Shown piece after piece: positions 33,510 to 64,000 of a DNA stretch of 64,000 nucleotides (positions within the stretch are counted from its first letter, which is position 1; each line of letters opens with the position of its first letter). This stretch comes from Blastocystis sp. Blastoise. Lineage: Eukaryota > Protista > Bigyra: Opalinata. A model generated the notes under the pieces. That model was not told where the DNA came from and did not search any database. It saw only the letters and a program-made list of their open reading frames with translations. A program made the translations under genes and the position numbers. The DNA lies in NCBI GenBank assembly GCA_039096225.1, contig JBBPEB010000014.1:1364001-1428000 (forward strand). Direction: 5' to 3'.

Positions 33510-33728
33510 AAACTACATCATTTTCATTATTCATATTATGTATTCTTCAGCTAGTTTTAAATATCTATTTATATATTCTTATACAATGTTTTTTTGTTTT
33601 TAATTCCGTTATTAATGAGGATTTTCTTCTTTTTGTTAACACAACTAAATTTTTTATTATTATTATTTATATATAACACTTTGGCAAACATTATTTTATC
33701 AAATAAAAAATCATTTTAACAAATCACA

Positions 33729-35139
33729 TTAGGATTGTTGTTGTTCAGGTTGGATTTCTGACATAATACCAAATACTTCACTTAAATTCCATTTTGAGTG
33801 TGTGTTTTCATCATAAGGTATATGTCCAATTTGACAAATAAATCGTTCGATATTTTCTATTCCAATTTCAGAATATGTTCTTGTTCCTAAAGAATATGTC
33901 GATTCATCTTTACCTACATTTCCAGGTGTGTTTTTTGAAACAATATATCGACTTCTTTCCCATTTTGTTAAACATGTTTCCATTGAATATTTCGACTTTG
34001 TATCAGCAATTGATGGCCAATATCCACGTAATTTTAATCTCAATTTATCTTTATATAATGAATTTTAAAAAAGTAAAAACAGATAGGAATAAATTTATTT
34101 ATATATTAATATATAATATTGAATAATATATATCTCAAATATATATAATATAACAATAATAATATTATATATATATATATAATGAACACTATAATAAATA
34201 AAAGAATATAGAATAAACACTATAATAAATAAAAGAATATAGAATAAACACTATAATAAATAAAAGAATAAAGAATATCAACTATATATACCTGAAGATA
34301 TTTTTGATTGATCTTGTAAATAGATAAGAATAATAGTAATCATTAATAATCCTTTTTCATATTCATCATTAATAGTATCATCCTATCAAATAATAAGTAT
34401 AACAATAAAAACAACATATATATATATATACTCTTAAACTGGGTAAATCTTCATTAAGAGTATTAATCAATATATATTCGTTTGAACGTGTAGAAGAAAA
34501 AGCCTTGTATGAATCAGTATCTATATATAATTATAGATTTAACTATAGTCATTCATCTATCTTTATTTATTCATTTTTTTTTAATATAAAGTTGATAAAA
34601 CAAATACTTTCAGACTGTGTATTGGCATCAGATTCAACTTGAGATTGTATGATTTGAGATTGCGACACTGTCTGTGATTGAGTAATAGGTTGAGTAGCTT
34701 GTGTATTTTTTGATGATGAAATATCAACAATATCACGAGATAAAGGTGCAATAGTAAATCCAAAAACACTATTTAATTTTTCATTTGCTTTTTGTAATGC
34801 AGCACTATATATTTTAAATAATTTATATATTCAGAAGGATTCATAAAACGTTTATATATTATGAAGAAAACTATGAAAACCAATCATACACTACAATTCA
34901 TACTTTAAAGAACTTTTTGGAATGGAAATACCCATTTTTTCCGCAATATCCTTTTTAAATAGATCTAATTTAATAGTATGGTTTGGAGACACACCTTGAA
35001 TAACAAAATATCGAACCAATGAATTGACTAGTAATGCTTGTTTATCCTCTTCCATAAAGAAAAAAGGAATAGACTCCTTTTTAGTTGGTTTGAAATCACC
35101 AACTCGTTTCTTAATATCTTTTGTTCGTTCAAAATTCAT
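33729..35139 (-). CDS. NSE3: NSE3/MAGE-family subunit of the SMC5/6 complex
   Basis: Spliced LVNSLVRYFV...ANEKLNSVFGF...EYILINTL...KGLLMITILI...RYIV...YSLGTRTYSEIG matches the MAGE homology domain. Confidence 0.8.
34186..34270. repeat. ~31-bp intronic tandem repeat (~2.7 copies)
   Basis: AACACTATAATAAATAAAAGAATATAGAATA repeated within an NSE3 intron. Confidence 0.8.
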
Positions 35140-36193
35140 TTTTTAAGTAATAAATAGTATAAAGCACTTTAATAAATGTACAAAAATGAGTTTTTTATGA
35201 ATACTCACTAAAAGTAAATTCTTTTATTTTTAAATCAATTTCAAAAATGTAATTTTTTATATAAATTTATTTTTTTGTAATAAATTTCTTATGTTGGGTA
35301 ATTTTATAAAACATTTTTCTTTTTTATGTATACGAATATTTCAGATAATCGTTGTATATGTTGTTATTGTATTTAAAATCTCATAGCGATCGAATCTAAT
35401 TTTGCCACAACATTCTTATTCTTAAAAAAAACTAGGTACTCAATATAACTCAATATATTTATTACATATAATCTTTCAAAATGATATTATTGATTCACAT
35501 CGACTCTTTAGGACATTTCTATTTTCTCAACTTTTTAAAATGATGTTTCTTTTCCAGATAATGTATCCAACACTTTTTATAAGAGTCAAATATTAGTATG
35601 ATTATGGTAATTTATGCTTAGAATGTGTATAAACATAGATCATTAATTTGAGATGTTTGTGTTTTTCTTACAAATTTATATAAGAAAATCTTCATTGTTT
35701 TTGAAGAAACCGTAGAGTGATTCGTTTCTCTATGTATTTCATGCATTATTTGTCTTTATCAATTACTATTCATAAAACTCTTTGTTGATGGGTGTTTTTT
35801 CATCAAATTTTATTTGTTTGCCTATTACTTTTTACGATGTATTAGTTGAATTTCTATTAGTTTGATGTCATCATTTATAAATTGTTCATTGATACTAATG
35901 CATTTGGAACATTAAATAAAGAACGTATGTATTTATAAAATTATATTATATGTTAATAATCATGATGTACACACCTTATAAATCAGAGTAATGACGGCGA
36001 AAGCCATCCAGTACATTATTTCTTTCATGGAGGTGTAAGATCGGGGTTCGTGTTAAATTAACATATAAAATAGCATGCTTTCTTTATCAGTTTTTGGTAA
36101 CCTAAGCATCCATATTATATATGTCAGTCCACTTACTTATATTCTTTTTATATAGTTTCCTAATGAGAAGTTGTATATTCATGTGAAGTATCC

Positions 36194-36420
36194 TTTGTGA
36201 AATTGGTACTAATTTGGTGAAATATTTTTGTGAAATTGGCGCTAATTTGGTGAAATATTTTTGTGAAATTGTCGCTAATTTGGTGAAATATTTTTGTGAA
36301 ATTGTCGCTAATTTGGTGAAATATTTTTGTGAAATTGGCGCTAATTTGGTGAAATATTTTTGTGAAATTGTCGCTAATTTGGTAACTATTTTCGTGAAAT
36401 ATTACTATTTTGGTGAAACA
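36194..36420. repeat. 33-bp minisatellite (~6 copies plus degenerate tail)
   Basis: Unit TTTGTGAAATTG(G/T)CGCTAATTTGGTGAAATATT. Confidence 0.93.
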
Positions 36421-36638
36421 TCTTGGTATACTGTGATATATTTAAAGTTTGATACTATTTGAATAGTTTCCGAAAACACCCATACCAAATAATAAAGGAA
36501 TCTTAAAAATTATTTTTCTAAATAAAATCTATGAGTATTTTATTCACTTTCAGGTTGTTTTGTTTATTTTCTAGTTGAATAATTAGTTTATTATAACCAA
36601 ACAAATCATTAGAAAACAAAAGACAGAACATATAATAA

Positions 36639-38528
36639 TTATAAACTACAAATACAAAGAATAGATTGATACTGTTGCTTGATCTCACTTGATATTTGAT
36701 CGTCTATAGATTTGAATTTATTAGTAAGTTCCTGATGGTTATCAGGAATATAGAAAAACAAGTTGAGTAACAACTTTTGAACAGAAGAAGTTTGCTTCAT
36801 AAATAAGGATTGCTCATTTTCTGGAATAACAAAGAAGGAATCTATGATTTTCGTTAAGAAAACAGTAGTATTTTCTTGTGAAGAACAACGAATAAGTATA
36901 TTAATAACATCCATTAATTGTAAGATAAATGGGTTTTCTTTATTGTCCATATTCATATAGATTAGAGATGTATTTAGAAGATACTCAAATAAGGAAAGTG
37001 AAGGAACTAATGAAAAAGTTTGATTTGAGAGTAATAGATCTTTCCAAAATGTAATTAAGATAGTATTACATTGCTTATTATTCGTTTTGAAATATTCTGA
37101 ACAACGAAATAATAATACTAATAATTCTGATATTTGTTTTTGATTTCCATTTTGAAGTAATTCTTTGAATATTAATAATAAATAAGAAAGAGATGTAGTT
37201 AATTTAGCATTCCCTTCATATTGCCATATATCATTTTGTAAGAGAAAAGAGATATTATCTACTAAATAATTAACATCTGTAGTCTTTTGGATTTTATTAA
37301 ACATCATATATATGTATAACGTTGATGTATTAATGTAAAATAAATCAATTTTATTTTGAGTATCATTTCGTACTTTATCTGCTAACTTATAAGGAAAAGA
37401 ATCTTTTATATTCTTAATACAGTTAGAGATGAAAGACGCAGTATATAGATTATTCAATTCTTCTTTTGAATGATAATAGAATGAAATATACTTCATACAA
37501 TTAATTACTAAAGAAACATATATTTGAATATGTTTTATACCATTATTATCTAAAAATACATATTGATTTGTTTTTTGTTTATTTAATAGAAGCATTGAAT
37601 TATCTTTAACTTGAATTGTATTCGCATATTCAGTTAATAAACTAAATAAATAAGATAAAAGATTTACAATAGACTGAACTATTTGAATCGTATTTGAAGT
37701 CGAAGTAGAAAACGATTGAATATCATTATTGACTTTAGCTACTAATTGAGAACTATTTTGAATAGAATATATAGGAATAATTGACATAATTCTATGATTT
37801 TCTTCTTCAAATTGAGGAATAACTATGGTTTTCGTTAGATCTTTAATAAGTGAATTCAATATAGATGTTAATAATCTCATTGTCATATCTTCTAATCCTT
37901 GAACTTGATCTGTATTCTTATTTGATATAGTTTTCTGTAAATGAATTGTATTCATTTTATCTCCTTTTGCAATTGTAATTAAATTATTTAACAACGTAGG
38001 TGTACATAATATCAGAGAAGAAGACATCTTAAAAAGATCATCAAGAAGCATAATTGTAGTCTTTTTAACTCCTTTATTAATACTAGTAATACCATGATTA
38101 ATATAAACAGATATAGTATCTTTAAAAGGAGAAATAGAATCCTCTTTTATTGAAGACACAAGAGATGGGTATATTTTAATAAACGCTTGACGAACTTGAA
38201 CATCCTCATCTATTATTGTAGGAGTTAATAAATTAATTATTGGAGCCAGAGATGTTTCAAGAAACTGTGGATTTGCATTTATCATATCTCGTAACTTCCA
38301 TAATGTATCTTTACGTACTGAACTAGAATAATGCTTCAACTGAACAAGCAAATCATTTAATTCTGATTGTGTCGCTTGATTCAAAGGACCAGAACCTAAA
38401 CTCTCGGTATCTTGACGAATAGTAATTCTTTTCGATTTCACTGATACATAAGTCTCATTTGCTGGACGTTTCTTCTGTCCAACCTTTGCTTTTGCCTTTA
38501 TAAAATCTTGATTCTTATTTTTCCCCAT
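36639..38528 (-). CDS. IPI1: Ipi1/TEX10 pre-rRNA processing protein (Rix1 complex), intronless
   Basis: DFIKAKAKVGQKKRPANETYVSVKSKRITI and LNDLLVQLKHYSSSVRKDTL, the Ipi1_N pattern. Confidence 0.88.
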   Translation of the reverse strand: MGKNKNQDFIKAKAKVGQKKRPANETYVSVKSKRITIRQDTESLGSGPLNQATQSELNDLLVQLKHYSSSVRKDTLWKLRDMINANPQFLETSLAPIINLLTPTIIDEDVQVRQAFIKIYPSLVSSIKEDSISPFKDTISVYINHGITSINKGVKKTTIMLLDDLFKMSSSLILCTPTLLNNLITIAKGDKMNTIHLQKTISNKNTDQVQGLEDMTMRLLTSILNSLIKDLTKTIVIPQFEEENHRIMSIIPIYSIQNSSQLVAKVNNDIQSFSTSTSNTIQIVQSIVNLLSYLFSLLTEYANTIQVKDNSMLLLNKQKTNQYVFLDNNGIKHIQIYVSLVINCMKYISFYYHSKEELNNLYTASFISNCIKNIKDSFPYKLADKVRNDTQNKIDLFYINTSTLYIYMMFNKIQKTTDVNYLVDNISFLLQNDIWQYEGNAKLTTSLSYLLLIFKELLQNGNQKQISELLVLLFRCSEYFKTNNKQCNTILITFWKDLLLSNQTFSLVPSLSLFEYLLNTSLIYMNMDNKENPFILQLMDVINILIRCSSQENTTVFLTKIIDSFFVIPENEQSLFMKQTSSVQKLLLNLFFYIPDNHQELTNKFKSIDDQISSEIKQQYQSILCICSL

Positions 38529-38957
38529 TATCTATCACTTGCTTTGATAATTCTATGATACTTATGAAAACATAAAGCAAAATAAAATAATTATATACAA
38601 AAATAACTGTTAAAATATATTTTAAAGAAAAAATGTATGGAAGTTTATATAAAGTCGATTTTCATGAATATTCTTATATTTGTACTCACTCACAAAAAAT
38701 TCCCGTTATTGTTGTTGATTCATTAAAAAGAATTGAAGAAATCATTCTTTATTAGACAAATTTCAATAGATATTTTATATTGCTATTCTTATATCGTTTT
38801 CAAACTTGTAGATAAAAACTATGAGTGAATATACAAGTAATGAACTAAATTATTATCTATATTATGGTAAATAATGGCTTAAATCTGATTTGTTGGATAT
38901 ATGACAGATTTAATATTTAAATTGAAAACAAAAAAAATAAAAATAAAAAAGCTATTG

Positions 38958-39825
38958 TTATTTACATGGAGAATGTATATTAGAACATAAGTCACATAAC
39001 AATTTAACACACTCACGTACTTCAGGTTTTGCACATCCATCTCTAAAAATAGACTGTGTCGTCTTATATAGTGAAGAACTATAATATAATATATTTATAA
39101 TATTTTGTTAAATAGGTATATACTGTTAAATAATAAAAGTTTATGAATATATATACCTTCTTGCTGACAAGTTATGTTCTGCCTCAAATAGATCTTCTTT
39201 AGCAATTGTTTGTACTGTAGGCAGAATATCTGTTAATACATATGCATAATGAAGAGGATTACATCTATATATATGTATATTATATATATTATATATAATA
39301 TTTGTATATAGAATAAAAAATATTTGTATAAATAATATAGGATAATAATAAATATAATAAAAAAAAAATAATATAAAAATTAAAAAATAATATAAAAATA
39401 AATAATAAATAAAAAAATAAATAATAAATAAAAAAATAAAAAAAAATACTCTGAAAAAAAGGAATCACAAAAATAGGGTAACAACGAAAGAATTGTTTTC
39501 TTGTTATAATCACGTTTATATTCCCATGAATATAACGCTTTTATATTTGCAAAAGATCCAAATACCTTTTTATTCTATTTATATATATTCAGTTGTGAAG
39601 TTGCTACGATTATATATATATATATATATATATACGAGAGGGAATTGAGGATACGAAGAAGTCAAAGATGTATATATATAAGTATAAAGTGTAGTAATAA
39701 TATCATTCCTTTCAATATATGAATTACTCTATATATATATATATAAATATATATAATATGTTATATATATATATATATACAGTGATATCGATATCATCAT
39801 CTTGAGTTATATGATAATGACATAA

Positions 39826-39860
<35 letters not shown>

Positions 39861-41323
39861 TGTATGATTTGTGTATGTATATCGATCAATAGAATCAGTA
39901 ACTGATAATAAATCCGCATATTCATATACTTCCTATAATATATATATATATAATATATAATATATATTACTTATAAAATATATTAAGTATATAATAAATA
40001 TATAAATACTGTTAGTAGTTGAAGATCATGAGTACCAGCAGATTTATCTATAGCAGTTGGAGAAGGAGAGGGAGCAGAAATACTTTGTTGGGGAGGGAGA
40101 GAAGCAATAGGAGAACCCACTGAAATAGACTCATTATTATTATTACTATTATTATTATTATTATTATTATTATCTGAGACATTATTATTATTATTATTAT
40201 TATTATTATCTGAGATATTATTATTATTATTATTATTATTATCTGAGATATTATTATTATCAACATTATTATTATTATTATCAACATTATTATTATTATC
40301 AGCATTATTATTATTATCAGCATTATTATTATTATCAACATTATTATTATCAACATTAATATCTAAAATATCTTTCTTCTCCTTTTCTTGTTTATATGTA
40401 TTTTCTTCAAACGAAAATAAAGCCTCATTTTCTTCCTCTTTTTGTATATATTCATTATTACCTACAGGAGCATATAACACACTATCATGAATATCAAATA
40501 ATATATCCTTCAAGCGATGCACATTCCCGCGGGAATTACTTCGTTTAGGAGGAGAAAGAGATGGAGATGAACTCATGTCAAAATCATGAAGATCATTTTC
40601 TGATCTATATATATATATATATGTATATATAATCATAGAAATAAAAGTAACATGAAAATATATATATATATAATGCTATAAAAAAATGAATTTTATGTTT
40701 TATTAATAAAATAAATACTACATATATATAAAGTAGAATAATATATGTATAGAATAGTAACTATATACATACTCTGTTTCTATTTCTGGTTCATATATAT
40801 ACATATACATAGAATAGCAAGATCGTTCAGGAAAGGATAGAGTGGATGTATATATAGTTAGAGGGTATATACCAGCAGGGAGAGAAGACATAGAGAACTG
40901 TAGAGATGTTGAAGAAATAGAAGTAATAACCGCGGGGATACCTGCAGAGGAAAACAGAATAGTATATATATATATATAATATATTGATATAATAAAAAAT
41001 TGTTATAAAACAAGATAAATAAATAAATAAATATTATATATATAATACAGTTAATATAAAGAGAATGAATAGACTGTAGATTGTTCCCTGAGAGAGTAGA
41101 GGAAATCTCTTCGGAGGATCGATATATATATGGCGATAGGGATGTGATTGACACAGGAAGGAGAGGAGGAGAAGGAGATGGACTATATATATATAAATGT
41201 ATAAAGAAAGAAGAATATATATACATATATGTATTCACAAAAGGAAGTAAATAATGACAGTGATAAAGATGATATTGTTCTTTTGAACACATGAATTTCA
41301 CATGCACAGGACGAGCTGTAAGC

Positions 41324-41365
<42 letters not shown>

Positions 41366-43483
41366 TAATTAGTATAACGCAATATGACGAATAAATAAAT
41401 AATGTATATATTAATTATAAATAATATAAAAAAATAGAATACTTTTATTAATAGTAATCAAAAATTTTAAATTATAAATATTAAATATATATAAATATAT
41501 ATATATATATACGTTTATTTTCTTCTTTATATGGCCAGTAAAGTGATGTATAGAGATTAAGTGGGAGGGATTGGAGGGATGAAGAGGGTTGGAGGGATTG
41601 GAGAGAAATACCTGGCGCGTATGTAAATATAGGCATAAGATGCTTCTGTAAATAATGAAGAGAAAGAGGGAGGTCATTTAAATAATAAAAATGAAGAGAT
41701 AAAATAGCTTGACGAATATTAAAGGAAGAAGAATAAAGTATACTATATACATAGTGTTATTACGTGAATATTATACTTTTATGCTTATAACTTGAATATA
41801 AAAGATATAATAATAATAAGCATAATAATAATAATAAACATAATAAACATAATAAACATAATAAACATAATAAACATAATAAAATAATAAAATAATATTA
41901 CTATATATACGAGAGTAGACATATATCTTGAAGATATAAACCTCTAGAGATACAGATGGAACGCAATATATACAGTTGGCGCGCGAGGGAAAGAGGAGGG
42001 ACGTGGAGGGTATGACAATAGGGCAGAAATGGCGTCAATTTATACTGAAAAATTAATAATAAATATAATAATAATAATAATAATAAATATAATAAATATA
42101 ATAAATATAATAAATATAATAAATATAATAAATATAATAAATATAATAAATATAATAAATATAATAATATATACATTAATAGAGGAAGTAGTTAGAATGA
42201 ATGGAGATTTAGTCCGTTGAAGAGCGTTAAGAATACATTTATACATATCAATATCCGTATCTAAACAGACATCAACGTCTTCTATCAACACTAACGTATG
42301 ACTATTAACTTTCTATATATTCATATATAATAATAATAATAATATATATAATAATAATAATAATAATAATATAAAATAGTTATATATATATATACTCCAT
42401 TTTTACCAATTGTTTTTGAATCTCCAGCTTCTTTCAGCAGTTGCTGAATATTCTTAGCGGAGCGGTTATCGGATGGTGATACTACTAACAACTATATAAT
42501 AAGAATAATTATATATATATATAAGTATACCTCAAAACTATATTGTTTCGCTAAAAGTTGTGTAAATAACGTTTTTCCCGTGGAAATACCACCAATTAAT
42601 AAATATCCAGTTTTTTCGTGAATATCTTCATCTCCCCAATCTTCGTCATCTTCTATATATATATATATATATATTATTACACATACCTTTGTCCATTTTA
42701 TTTCGTTTATCTCTTAACCATTCTGCAACGCGCTTATATGTTAAATACATCTATATATATTTATATTATATTTTAATGTTATATTATATATATATATATA
42801 TATATACCATATTCATATCATGTGGAGCATATTGTTCACTCCATAAATTAACATTTCCCACGGGAATATATTCCCCCGTGGGAGAAACACAATAATTAGC
42901 GAGTATTTGTGATGTCAAATGATCCATAATATCAAAATCATTTTCTCCTTTCTATATAAATAATAATATATATATTAATATAAATAATAATATATATAAT
43001 GATATATATACGAGTATATCTTCCATATATTCAGGTACAAATTGTGTAGTAAGAATCTTTTTAATTGATCGTTCAACATCCCCGTGGTTTTCTATGGTTG
43101 TTGACTGTGGAGAGATAAAAGGAGAAAGAGGTAAGCCATCTGTCATTATAATCTTATTCTCCTTATGATTATTCACTTCTTCTTTTACTATTGAATCATC
43201 TTCTGATTCTATGTCTATAGGAATAGTTGAGGAACACTCAGGAATAACGAATTTTCCATGGGAATTAGCGAAGTTCTGAAAGAACTCCTGAATCTCTAAT
43301 TCGGTAAATGGTGGGAAATCTTGGCGGGAAAATGGATGATAGGATGTATATACTATATATATATAATAATAGTATATGTATATACAATTATTGTATATGT
43401 CGTAGAGTAGAAATATATATATACATGGTGACATCAAATTGCTATTATTATTATTATTATTATCGACACATGCCGTGTCATCA

Positions 43484-43522
<39 letters not shown>

Positions 43523-44792
43523 GTTTACACATATATACCTTTTAAAGTAGTTATTTGAGGGGTAGAGGCCTTATTAGGAATACAGGAAATGGCGGGAAAC
43601 AGAGGGAGGGTCCAATGGCGGCAAATCTGAGATCCAGTTCCATCTGTTGACGATGATAATCGTTGACTATATATATATACAAATAAATAAATAAATATAA
43701 TAAATAAATAAAAATATATATATATATATATACATAGCTGCTTGCTGGATAGAGACAAAAAATGGGTTTATAGAATCTCCATTAGAAAAGAATACACGTG
43801 TGTCTTCACGTGACCGTTTTTCCTATATAGAATGAATATAATGAAAGAATTAACTGAATAATAATATTATGAAGTATCAATACTATTATTACTACTACTA
43901 CTACTAATATATTCAATTATATATATATATATATATATATACAGATTCATAGAATTGCTGTTTCTTGAGTGAAATTTGTTTTTCTTGTTTTTCGTTTTTC
44001 GTGAGAAACATTTCATACACTTCTTGTACTTCTGGTGACTATATATATATAATGAGTATACATAATAATAATAATAACTAGAATATTCATTTAATATATT
44101 GAATAAATATATTAAATATATATTCTATATAATAATATATATAATATACTTATAAAACATACATACAAACAATAAACGGAAAATAAATAAATATATAAAT
44201 AATAAGAATAAATTCAAAATAAACATCATATAAAATTAATTCTTTATAATAAAATCACTATATATACATCCAGTTTATTTGGAACTTCTTCAACTTCGTT
44301 ATCAATACGTTGAGTTGAAGAATTCGATAGAACGTTACTAATCTCATTAAGTTTTAATTCATCACAAGAATGACAATCAGAATCAGAATCTATTACCGTT
44401 ATTTCTTGTTTTGTTTTTTTGGTAGATACAAAAAAAGAATCCAATGAACGTTTATTTGATTCTGTCTTGTTATTAGTAGAACTACATTTCTTCAACTCAG
44501 TCTTATCAGATTTCTATATATATATTTAAAGAAATATATATTCATATTTTCAAATATGTAATAATCAGTACTTTGGTAGTTATTTTCGAAGGAGATCGCT
44601 TGCTCTTTCTCTTCTTTTCTTTAACATCATTTGACGGAACATAACAATCACTCTATTATAAGAAATAGAAAAATATTACTAGAAGAAATTTACATCAATA
44701 TCATAGTCATCATCATTTGCTTCTTTCTTTTCTCCACATACATCGAATAATGTTTTTTGAGTATTACTGATTGTTTTTTTTGGTCTTCCCAT
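38958..44792 (-). CDS. ATAD5: ELG1/ATAD5-like RFC large subunit (PCNA unloader); many introns, 3' structure uncertain
   Basis: LWSEQYAP, Walker A GGISTGKT, SPSDNRSAK, Walker B LIEDVD, LQRTKSPFILTS; SLDSFF PIP-like motif; C-terminal TDILPTVQTI; start MGRPKK. Confidence 0.72.
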
Positions 44793-44911
44793 TTCTGTTT
44801 AGAAATTCATAATATGAATAAGAATAACTTTTGCTTATTGAATAAGTGAATAAAATTAATTTTTAAATATAAATGCTTATTAAAACAATTGTAAAGTATA
44901 TCAAAAGAAAA

Positions 44912-44937
44912 AACACGCGTATAACTCCCGCCATTTC
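44912..44937. promoter_or_regulatory. Candidate MCB (ACGCGT) and E2F-like (CTCCCGCC) sites in the divergent ATAD5/PDCD2L promoter
   Basis: ACACGCGTATAACTCCCGCCATTT, a GC-rich patch in a 270-bp AT-rich divergent gap upstream of a replication gene. Confidence 0.3.
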
Positions 44938-45063
44938 TTTACAATACTGTCAAGTTGAATTCTACGGGAAACTAGACATTTATAGTGAAATGGCATTTAT
45001 TTTTGTGAAACACTTTTTTAAATTATTCTTGTTGATTCATGCGTTTATAAGAGACTTTTAAAT

Positions 45064-46811
<1,748 letters not shown>

Positions 46812-47701
46812 CTAATGCTATATATATATGAAATAATTAAAAGAATGTATAAATAGATATATTTAAAGAATAATTTGCATAATTTGTTTTGTTATAAGAA
46901 TTATTAAATTATATATATATATAATAACGTTACTAGTAATTTTTTATTTAAAGAAATAAATATAAAAATATCATTAAGGAAGTAGTAATAAATAATTAAA
47001 AAGTTCATTTCAGTTGACTAGAAAAAAAATATTTATTTCCTTATTTAAAAAAGATTGTTCAGAAAAAGGAATATCATAAAACGAAATTATTATATTAAAT
47101 TCTTTCCATATTAACAAATAATGTTTTTATAATGTCTTTTTTTCAAAGTATTCTCTTGAGTCAATATAAAAAGCTATTATATTAATTTTAACATAATGGA
47201 TCTATAAATAAATAAGACTAATAAATATAATAAAGTGGAGAATTGAAATATGTTTTGAATAAAAATAAGAATTCAATGATTCTATATATAGATTTATATT
47301 TATTATTATGATGTTAAATAAAATATAGGATATAGAGAGTAGATAATTTGTAATCAAAGTGATTGAGTTCTATATTGAGAGTAGATTGAGTTAGGAATGA
47401 ATGTATAATAGCTATTTGATATAAAATACATAAAAAATAAATACTATTTCTATATATATCAATTATAAAATGGGAATAATCAATTACTAGAATTCCAAAA
47501 AATTTCTGTTTTTCTTAAAGGGAATGAAGTGATTTGTGTGTTGTTTCCAATAAAATTCCCAAATAAATTTCATTTTTATTCTTTCTCGTTAAAAAAAGAA
47601 AAAAAAGACTGTTTATGACACATTATCTTTTAGTTTGTCTTAGATATTTCTTTTTTAAATACTGATTTCTTATTTAGTTTTTCCAAACAGTATTTATATG
47701 A

Positions 47702-64000
<16,299 letters not shown>

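Noticed and set aside
33715-33731. Blastocystis-type stop codon created by polyadenylation
   Set aside because: A TGATTTGTT element lies just after the NSE3 stop, but every complete gene examined has a genomic stop codon.
35945-36110. snRNA, SECIS element or hammerhead ribozyme
   Set aside because: Diagnostic motifs (CUGAUGA core, U-snRNA signatures, SECIS geometry) are absent; kept only as an unassigned hairpin.
36194-36420. CRISPR array or ankyrin-like ORF (VKYFCEIGANL)
   Set aside because: Head-to-tail repeats with no spacers or cas genes in a eukaryote; the ORF has no ATG and follows from the 33-bp unit being a multiple of 3.

Overview
Very AT-rich, intron-containing eukaryotic (protist) DNA. 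The gene content (a He_PIG/discoidin surface protein, 30-40 nt short introns, GU-rich 3' elements) suggests a low-GC Blastocystis-like stramenopile; this is inference. Left to right: a ~2350-aa type I membrane adhesin-like protein (-), a TPC1/SLC25A19-like mitochondrial carrier (-), a helical-repeat protein (+), an ankyrin/PTS-rich protein (+), a partly decayed 9-kb intron-rich block (tandem duplication, spliced fragment without a start codon, unknown gene, fibro-slime/PA14 gene with an in-frame stop), an intact DD34E Tc1 transposon with a perfect heat-shock element upstream of its transposase, a PIG3-type quinone oxidoreductase (-), a CEPT/CPT1 phosphotransferase (+), a 47-aa microprotein (+), NSE3/MAGE (-), a 33-bp minisatellite, IPI1/TEX10 (-), ELG1/ATAD5-like (-), PDCD2L/TSR4 (+), and a >5000-aa midasin-related six-AAA ATPase absent from the ORF track because it runs off the window. 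That ATPase is the most unusual protein: mostly degenerate AAA sites, tandem vWA-like domains and an extra C-terminal domain. Five splice junctions appear overwritten by the adjacent exon sequence (RNA-seq polishing artefact or cDNA gene conversion). Exon structures were inferred by hand and are approximate.
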